This document shows positions 63,201 through 64,000 of a stretch of DNA of 64,000 nt, one piece after another. Position numbers and translations under genes: made by a program. Origin of the DNA: Vairimorpha necatrix (lineage: Eukaryota); contig CP142730.1 of the NCBI GenBank assembly GCA_036630325.1, positions 310,001-374,000 on the forward strand. Direction: 5' to 3'. The notes beneath the pieces were generated by a model. It was given only the letters and a program-made list of their open reading frames with translations. It made no database searches and was not told where the DNA came from. Each line of letters opens with the position of its first letter. Position 1 is the stretch's first letter.

Positions 63201-64000
63201 TCATCGAGGATATGTTAGTTATGTAATATTTAACTTATGAGAAATATCTAAATATGGTTATAATTATCTAAGAATGTATTGATGTTTTTAGGTATACAAA
63301 AATATATACAAATTAATTGAGTTAAATCAACAATTTAAAGCATTCAAGAGAGAAACCATAATAATATGACTTGTTAGGTAGATATAAACTAAAAGTATCA
63401 ACAAAATATATAAAGGATATTATGGGCACAGGCCATATGTTAAAATAAAAATTTATACAAATATTGTCAATATTCAAATAGCGTATAATATTTCTTTTTT
63501 ATCATTTAAATTATATCTTATTGATACTTTTTGTGTCCAAATAAATCCATTCATTATGGAATATTATAGGCTAGGATCTGAGAGCCTGGGCAGATATAAA
63601 TATGACTTTTATGTATAGATTATTGGTAAATATAGAACGAGATATAATCCCAACAAACAGCTTATAATTAACATATAGAGGCTACTAATTGTATCAGCTT
63701 ATTGTTTATTCGACGTAATATGTATTTTAATATACGATTTCGTATCATCTAATTGTACTTTCTCCAAGTCCCGTGTTCATTCTTAAACTGTCCATTAATA
63801 TGTGTAAACAAATACTTTCCAGAATAGCGTTTTATCTCGCCCGTATTTAATCATTATTATGCGTGATAGAAAACAAAAAAATTATCTTGGCTTTAAAATA
63901 CATATGATTCTAAGTTAATAAATGGTGACATAAAGTTAATTTATAGATTTAAAATCTAATTTTAATAGAAAAAATAGATAGGGGCTGCAAGTATAATCAA

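Noticed and set aside
60300-64000. Genes or elements in the distal AT-rich region
   Set aside because: No ORF of 60 aa or more in the track, and no repeats, TIRs or RNA motifs recognised.

Overview
AT-rich eukaryotic DNA, most likely microsporidian. This is inferred from the intronless compact eRF1, Ubp14 and Swi3 genes and from CCC/GGG motifs a few nt before nearly every ATG. Bases ~1-53,500 are a deeply nested transposable-element island containing Ty3/Gypsy LTR retrotransposons and solo LTRs, many Merlin (IS1016/ISXO2-like DDE) transposons, two MULEs, Ginger-like integrase elements, an APE-RT LINE and an ~800-bp tRNA-headed SINE. Most boundaries could be fixed from TSDs, TIRs and LTRs. From ~53,900 there are three host genes (Ubp14/USP5-like deubiquitinase, eRF1, Swi3/Rsc8-like protein split at a homopolymer), then AT-rich non-coding DNA. 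The most unusual signals are: (1) a Gypsy clade with a covarying 12-bp perfect palindrome where the tRNA primer-binding site should be; (2) non-autonomous Gag-protease-IN-tail elements of that clade; (3) a Gypsy element with a second gag-like gene 3' of pol, behind its own CCC motif; (4) gag start codons inside the LTR in essentially every LTR family; (5) terminal hairpins at the U3 ends of LTRs; (6) a long tRNA-Met-derived SINE. All domain calls come from motif recognition by eye; no searches were run.
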